In this document: piece by piece, positions 57,627 through 64,000 of the stretch
How the letters are laid out: every line of letters starts with the position of its first letter
Position numbering within the stretch: position 1 is the first letter of the stretch
Notes under the pieces: generated by a model
The model's database searches: none
The model's input: the letters and a program-made list of their open reading frames with translations, nothing else
What the model was told of the DNA's origin: nothing
Position numbers and translations under genes: made by a program
From: Eledone cirrhosa
Lineage: Eukaryota
DNA length: 64,000 bases
Assembly: GCA_964016885.1 (NCBI GenBank)
Contig: OZ024751.1
Coordinates: forward strand, 32,612,001-32,676,000
Direction of reading: 5' to 3'

Positions 57627-58056
57627 TTCCTTCGAAAGTTTCAAATATCTATCTATCTATCTCACTATCTCTATCACTTTCTCTCTCACACACATACCAT
57701 CGAATCCAAAGTTTCAGATATCTATGTCATTTACTAGGTTCCGAACTTGGTGAACCAGGCTTACCCTAATTGACTTCTCAATGATATCCATTCCAATCTT
57801 CTCTCTGATATCCAATGATATCAGAAATTACCTTCTGGATATCAGAAGGTTTTGTACATCTGTTTTGATAAAGAGATAATTTTCTTGCAGGATTCCAGTT
57901 ACGGGTTGAGAAGCAAATTATAGGAGTTGAGCCAAAATTTCCAACTGTAGATAAATATCGTCGTTTTTTCATTTTCGTATTAATGGTTAACGGCGACGAT
58001 ATGATCAAACATATATATATATACGCACACACACTCACACACACACACACATATAT

Positions 58057-58119
<63 letters not shown>

Positions 58120-59474
58120 CATATATGCATACATACGTACATATGTGTATGTGTGTGTGTGTGTGTGTTTGTATGAATGTAGATAGGTAGATAAACATAT
58201 CTGCAATTATGCACCGTGCACACGATGTTTGTGACCCCACACATTCTAACTAATATATATATATACATATATATATATATATTTATATATTTCACCAATT
58301 TATGAGAGATTATATGATAAGAATACACGAAGGTGACGATATCTTGAACACCTATCATCTTTATTCCATGTGACTCTTCCTGAATAGATTGTCACATCTT
58401 TACTTGGTGCTCAGTTACGTGATTGGGTCGCCGATTCAAAGAATAATCTGTTGAGATAGTATATTAAACTGTGACCCACAAGATGCTGTACTATTCTACA
58501 CACCGATTGCTAAGCATTATTACTCGTAAGGTATTCCATGGTTTGCGTTCGCTTTGTATTATTCCAGTCTTATATAAACAAGAAACTAGTCGTTGTAAAG
58601 ATAGCGCATACAACAAGCATTACTGTAAGCGTAAATACTGTTATGCAAATCAGGCCAACCCAGTTTTCTGGGTATCAGTTTGTATGCAAAAAACCACAAA
58701 TGAATTTGTGACCTGATGATGGCTAAATTTTCTTAGGTGATGGTTTAGTAAGTCTAGACTGAATTGATACCAGTTTTGGGCCAACGGATTGCTAAAAGTC
58801 TCGGGGTAACTACTTTATTTACTTATCACAGCGAGACTAAAAGCTGTATATATTAAAACAGATACAGCTTACATTTCAAATTAGGCCCAGTACACACACT
58901 CATATAACACCTACGCACACACACACACACACATATATGAAAGTAAAAAAGAAGTAAAAGCAATACAGTAAACACACACACACGCACATATACATATATG
59001 TGTGTGTGCATGTGTGTTGAACCATATATACAGACAGATTGCTAGCTGTATGTCATCTATCAAAGAAACACCCCAGCTATAATGTCTACTGCAGCTGTCG
59101 AAACAGAGAAATTCTGTGAAGATTCCAGTCAAGTCACGTGGTAGGAAATCAAGCGTGGCTTCTTAACAAAATATAATAAAGTGCCATCTGTTGGAAAATA
59201 TGTGCACAACGACTGACTCCATTTCTGAAAAATATGTCCGCCAAGATAATTTTCTATTCATATACACAGAGTTTGTTAAGCTGCGGTTCAACATCCGACG
59301 GCAGATATTTTGTTACGAGTTTTTCTGGAGAGAATTCAGCAAAAAGTCGTAGTTGTAGAAATATTTGGTGTTGTTCACCTACAGTTGAATGTTCTAAACA
59401 GTTTCAATCTTTGAAACCAGTTTGAATATTTATATACATTATATATACATATACATCTCTCTTTCTTTCTCTCT

Positions 59475-59526
<52 letters not shown>

Positions 59527-59543
59527 GTGTATGTGTGTGTGTG

Positions 59544-59656
<113 letters not shown>

Positions 59657-59689
59657 TATATATATATAAATATATAGATTAGAGCAAAC

Positions 59690-59865
59690 ATCACGGACGC
59701 TCTATCTCAAAATTATTTTTGAAAAGCATGAGAAATGCGCAACCGGTAAAACTTAAAACCAAAACTGAATACTAACCAATACTATTACTAATTCTCACTT
59801 ATTCCTAATTAAACTATTTTTCACTGTGAACAATTTGTCAGCATTTTCTTTTCCGTTTACCAATA
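59690..59865 (+). mobile_element. Family G terminus; hammerhead-like motif at 59716-59751
   Basis: TTT TTGAAAA GCAT-GAGAA-ATGC GCA ACCGGT A AAA. Confidence 0.65.
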
Positions 59866-59901
59866 TAAATATATATATATATACATGTCTATGTGTGTGT
59901 G

Positions 59902-59995
<94 letters not shown>

Positions 59996-59999
<4 letters not shown>

Positions 60000-61699
60000 A
60001 GTAAAAGCGAAGTAGTTTCAGATGTTCAAGTCCTTTAATAATAATGCTGTGATATATATTTCAATGACGACACTGGCCACACTGTTCTGTGTGCGAGTGT
60101 CGTGACATCATCAGACAGCCTGTTACATAATAAGGTTGTTTCCGAGGCAATCCAAATTGAATCGACATGGGTGAACGGATGAAAAACCCAAAGGCACGAA
60201 CTTCATCCGTTCCCATGTCGATTCAATTTGGATTGCCTCGGAAACAACCTTATTATGTAACAGGCTGTCTGATGATGTCACGACACTCGCACACAGAACA
60301 GTGTGGCCAGTGTCGTCATTGAAATATATATCACAGCATTATTATTAAAGGACTTGAACATCTGAAACTACTTCGCTTTTACTTATTCGATATTTACTCC
60401 GTCACTCCTATGTGGAAAAAGTACGTTGAGTGCTTGAATTGAATTGCATCAATGTTTACCCTAATAATTAAGCTCCGATTAGTTGAGCGCTCTATGATGT
60501 AACCGATATGGTGGAGAAGAGAGGAACCAACCAAGAGCTACCCCGGAAATCCCCTCTACCATGGGGATGAAAAACCCCTGACACTGGACGGGCGTAATAG
60601 TATCTTTCGGCAGGATAAATACGCGGAAACAAAAAATAAGATAAACCCCTATTTTCCTGCACCAAATCGCTTCTGAACAGAGGCCCCCTCAATTCAATCT
60701 ATACATGGACAGATGGACAATCATATGGATCATTTTACATATATGTACTCTGTGTTTTTGCATTTATTCACTATTGTCTCTGTTATTTTCTTTTCTTTTG
60801 TGTTCTCTTTTGTGTACTTTTTGTCTGTTTTTCTTTGACTCTGTTCCATGTGATGGAAAGTATGACCGTGTAGCGGATTGACTAATGCCTTGAACCATGT
60901 GGTTTGCTCTCCGTTATAAGGTCCGGCACTGCCGTTCAATATCTGTAACACTAGAATCCCTCCCAGAACATATTACTTAAACATCTCTCTCCATATTATT
61001 TACTCACTTCAATGTATATCTTTACTTAATCCGAATTATCACTTGAAAAAAATTTTTTGAATTTAGAATTTTTGAATTCTTTATTGTTTAATTTATAATC
61101 TCTGATATTTGATTTAGGATTTTAACCTTTAATTTTAATTTTTATTCCCAACTCTCACTCTTAACTTACTATGTAAAACCATAGTACCTAGAATTAAGTT
61201 TATTTTACCTTATGAGTTGATGGTCAGTCTTACTGTCAACGCTTAGTGAAAGGTAGTATTATGACCTATAAAAACTAACACCCTCCTATCCCCTCTGGCT
61301 TTCGGCTGACTACCACAGTAGCGATGGGTAGCAGTAAACTTTGGCAAGGCATAGGTGGGCCACTGACAGCGAATTTCGTTGAAATCTGCGGTGCTAATGG
61401 TCAACTTCCTTCGGACATGCGCTTGCGCAGACCGGTGGGGGTGAATTGGTACTCACAAGGGAACGGATGAAAAACCCAAAGGCACGAACTTCATCCGTTC
61501 CCATGTCGATTCAATTTGGATTGCCTCGGAAACAACAGTGTGGCCAGTGTCGTCATTGAAATATATATGACAGCATTATTATTAAAGGACTTGAACATCT
61601 GAAACTACTTCGCTTTTACTTATTCGATATTTACTCCGTCACTCCTATGTGGAAAAAGTACGTTGAGTGCTTGAATTGAATTGCATCAATGTTTACCCT

Positions 61700-61703
<4 letters not shown>
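59996..61703 (+). mobile_element. Non-autonomous PLE-like element: inverted arm + pLTR-body-pLTR
   Basis: 59996-60172 is inverted to ~60211-60388; 60173-60467 is repeated at 61461-61703 (with an internal deletion). No convincing ORF. Confidence 0.8.
60264..60337 (+). ncRNA. Hammerhead motif (mirror copy at 60046-60119, minus)
   Basis: GCTGT CTGATGA T-GT-C-ACGACACT...AGTGTCGT-C-AT-T GAA ATATATAT C ACAGC. Confidence 0.75.
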
Positions 61704-61753
<50 letters not shown>

Positions 61754-61936
61754 GAAAATGTTTGACCCCGAAGGCAGAGCTCAAGCCGTTTCGACGGCTA
61801 TTTCTGGACTCAGAAATAGCAGTCGAAACGGCTTGAGCTCTGCCGTCGGGGTCAAACATTTTCCTATTACCCACTCTACTACCCTAAGTATTGAGTACTC
61901 TGGTGCGTTATGGTCCATCTGGTTCCAACTCCTTCG

Positions 61937-61937
<1 letters not shown>
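61754..61937 (+). mobile_element. Fold-back family D palindrome plus tail
   Basis: 61754-61863 is self-complementary; tail to 61937; an inverted tail fragment lies at ~61994-62032. Confidence 0.8.
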
Positions 61938-61995
<58 letters not shown>

Positions 61996-62217
61996 GAAGG
62001 AAGTGTTGTAAGGAACCAGATGGACCATATAACTTCCGTCATTAAGGAATTCACAAGTTTGATGAGACACCGATTTCAGATGATTCGGGCAGGATCGATA
62101 CCGATCTTTTCTTGAGCTGATTGATCGCGAAACGTGCGTCACACGTGAATAAACATAATGATGCTATATTGATACCTCGTACCTACTTATTATTATTAAT
62201 ATTATTATTATTATTGA

Positions 62218-62370
<153 letters not shown>

Positions 62371-62845
62371 AATATAAATATATATATATGTATATATATA
62401 TATGTGTGGGGAGTCATTTTCCTCGAAACAGTACAAAGTGTACTTTGGTGAAGCAGTGTAGTGAGACGGTACTTTTGATCCAGTAAATCAATGAGATGTC
62501 ACACTAAAGTTAAGTCTATTGTTTTTATAAGAATATTGGTTTAAAATTAGTTGCTATGTCTAGCATGCTATGCCAGCACGAATATCCTCCCGTGGGTGTC
62601 ATATGAACGTAAAATCTGTGTGTGTGTGTGTGTGATGTGTATGTGTGAGGGTGTGTGTCTGTCTGTGTGTGTGTATGTGTGAATAAACAATTAACATTCT
62701 GGATAGTGAGTTGTTGAGTTGCTGTGTGAAATCCCACGACAGATGTTCAGATATTTTCTCAACAGAAAGTAGCTGAATGTCGTGGCTATTTGATATATCT
62801 GAGTCTATGAGACAAGATCAGTAACGTATAAGATGTTACTATATA

Positions 62846-62950
<105 letters not shown>

Positions 62951-63067
62951 ATATATATATATATAAGATAACAAGATATCGTTTAAGGTAATCCAGTATT
63001 CTGACGATTTGGTCAGGTATCGAATGCAATTAAAGTCGAGTCACGTGACTTTTAACAATCAGCAACG

Positions 63068-64000
63068 TTTAGACACACCGGATTAATGAAACAATTGTTA
63101 ATACATTAAATAAACCCTATTGTACAGCCGGCCATGTTATTCCTCTGTAATTTATTTACATTATAATTAACTCTGAAGTCGAGAATCATTCGGTAAATAT
63201 ATATATATTTCGTTTCTGAATTTGTTTAGCAAGATTCTTTATCTGAAATCGTGTGTTGAAACCGATATTGTTATACTTTGGGAGGGTCATGTTGCCAATA
63301 AGAAACACACGCACCAGTTGCTTTCACTTCAATTTATTATAATAAATTTATAAATTTAGGAATTTATAAATTTCTGGTTGGTTGGTTGGTTCCACAACCA
63401 GATAGTTGTTTATATATTGTCAAAGTTCTTTCGTCACACATTCTGTGACCTCTTCAGTGACTGGGGATTCTTTTCTTTGTTTTTGTGCCTCTCCTTTGTT
63501 CTGTCCTACGCCATTTTGTTTCTGTGTGTGTGTTGTGTGCTCAGTCTGCGCATGCGCCACATCCGGGTGTCTGTGTGTGTTTATATTTGTTTATTTATTT
63601 ATTTATTTAATTACTAAAATAACAGATTAAAGTTTAAGCAAAGAATCGGTGCTTTCACCCTTAACGGGATCTACTGAAACTAAAAAAATCAATCTGTGAA
63701 CGCAGAAGTAAATATTTCGAAAAACGTTGCAACCGAAAGAAGACAGGAAGACGATACTTTGGTTCGTGGAAACGTTCCCTGGCAAGGACCGGCGAATTAT
63801 ACGCAAAGACAAAACCACGTTTATGGTATAAATGAAGTCGTAGACTAAAATTCTATTTAGGAAACCGAATGATTCTCGACTTCAGAGTTAAGAATAATTA
63901 AGAATAATGTAAATAAATTACAGAGGAATAACATGGTCGGCTGTACAATAGGGTTTATTTAATGTATTAACAATTGTTTCATTAATCTGGTGTGTCTAAA
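63068..64000. repeat. Inverted pair of family A-type termini enclosing family C and family 1 pieces
   Basis: 63068-63162 is the reverse complement of 63905-64000 (runs off the window). Confidence 0.8.

Overview
Eukaryotic, AT-rich, microsatellite-saturated non-genic window. The SINE type and the (TA)n/(CA)n/(GA)n load suggest an octopus/cephalopod genome (inference). No host gene is supported, and most predicted ORFs are microsatellite artefacts. Real coding sequence is all transposon-derived: two 5'-truncated Penelope-like elements (RT plus C-terminal GIY-YIG; 7728-12776 with a ~760-bp inverted pseudo-LTR, and 23164-27233), a third PLE fragment, a near full-length L1/Tx1-type LINE with intact ORF2 (44359-50257), R4/Dong-like and RTE-like fragments, a hATm remnant, a Tc1/mariner-type MITE, head-to-tail Helitron-like units and about 10 tRNA-derived SINEs, several with TSDs. 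The most striking hidden layer is about 20 type-I hammerhead-ribozyme motifs from roughly a dozen different short non-coding families. They sit mostly as islands in (TA)n tracts, often as fold-back or tandem insertions with a one-sided tail. They show core covariation (C3-G8 vs U3-A8), a recurrent U-U pair at the base of stem II, long stem-II inserts and family-specific palindromic stem III sequences consistent with dimeric cleavage. All structures were read by eye; coordinates may be off by a few bases.
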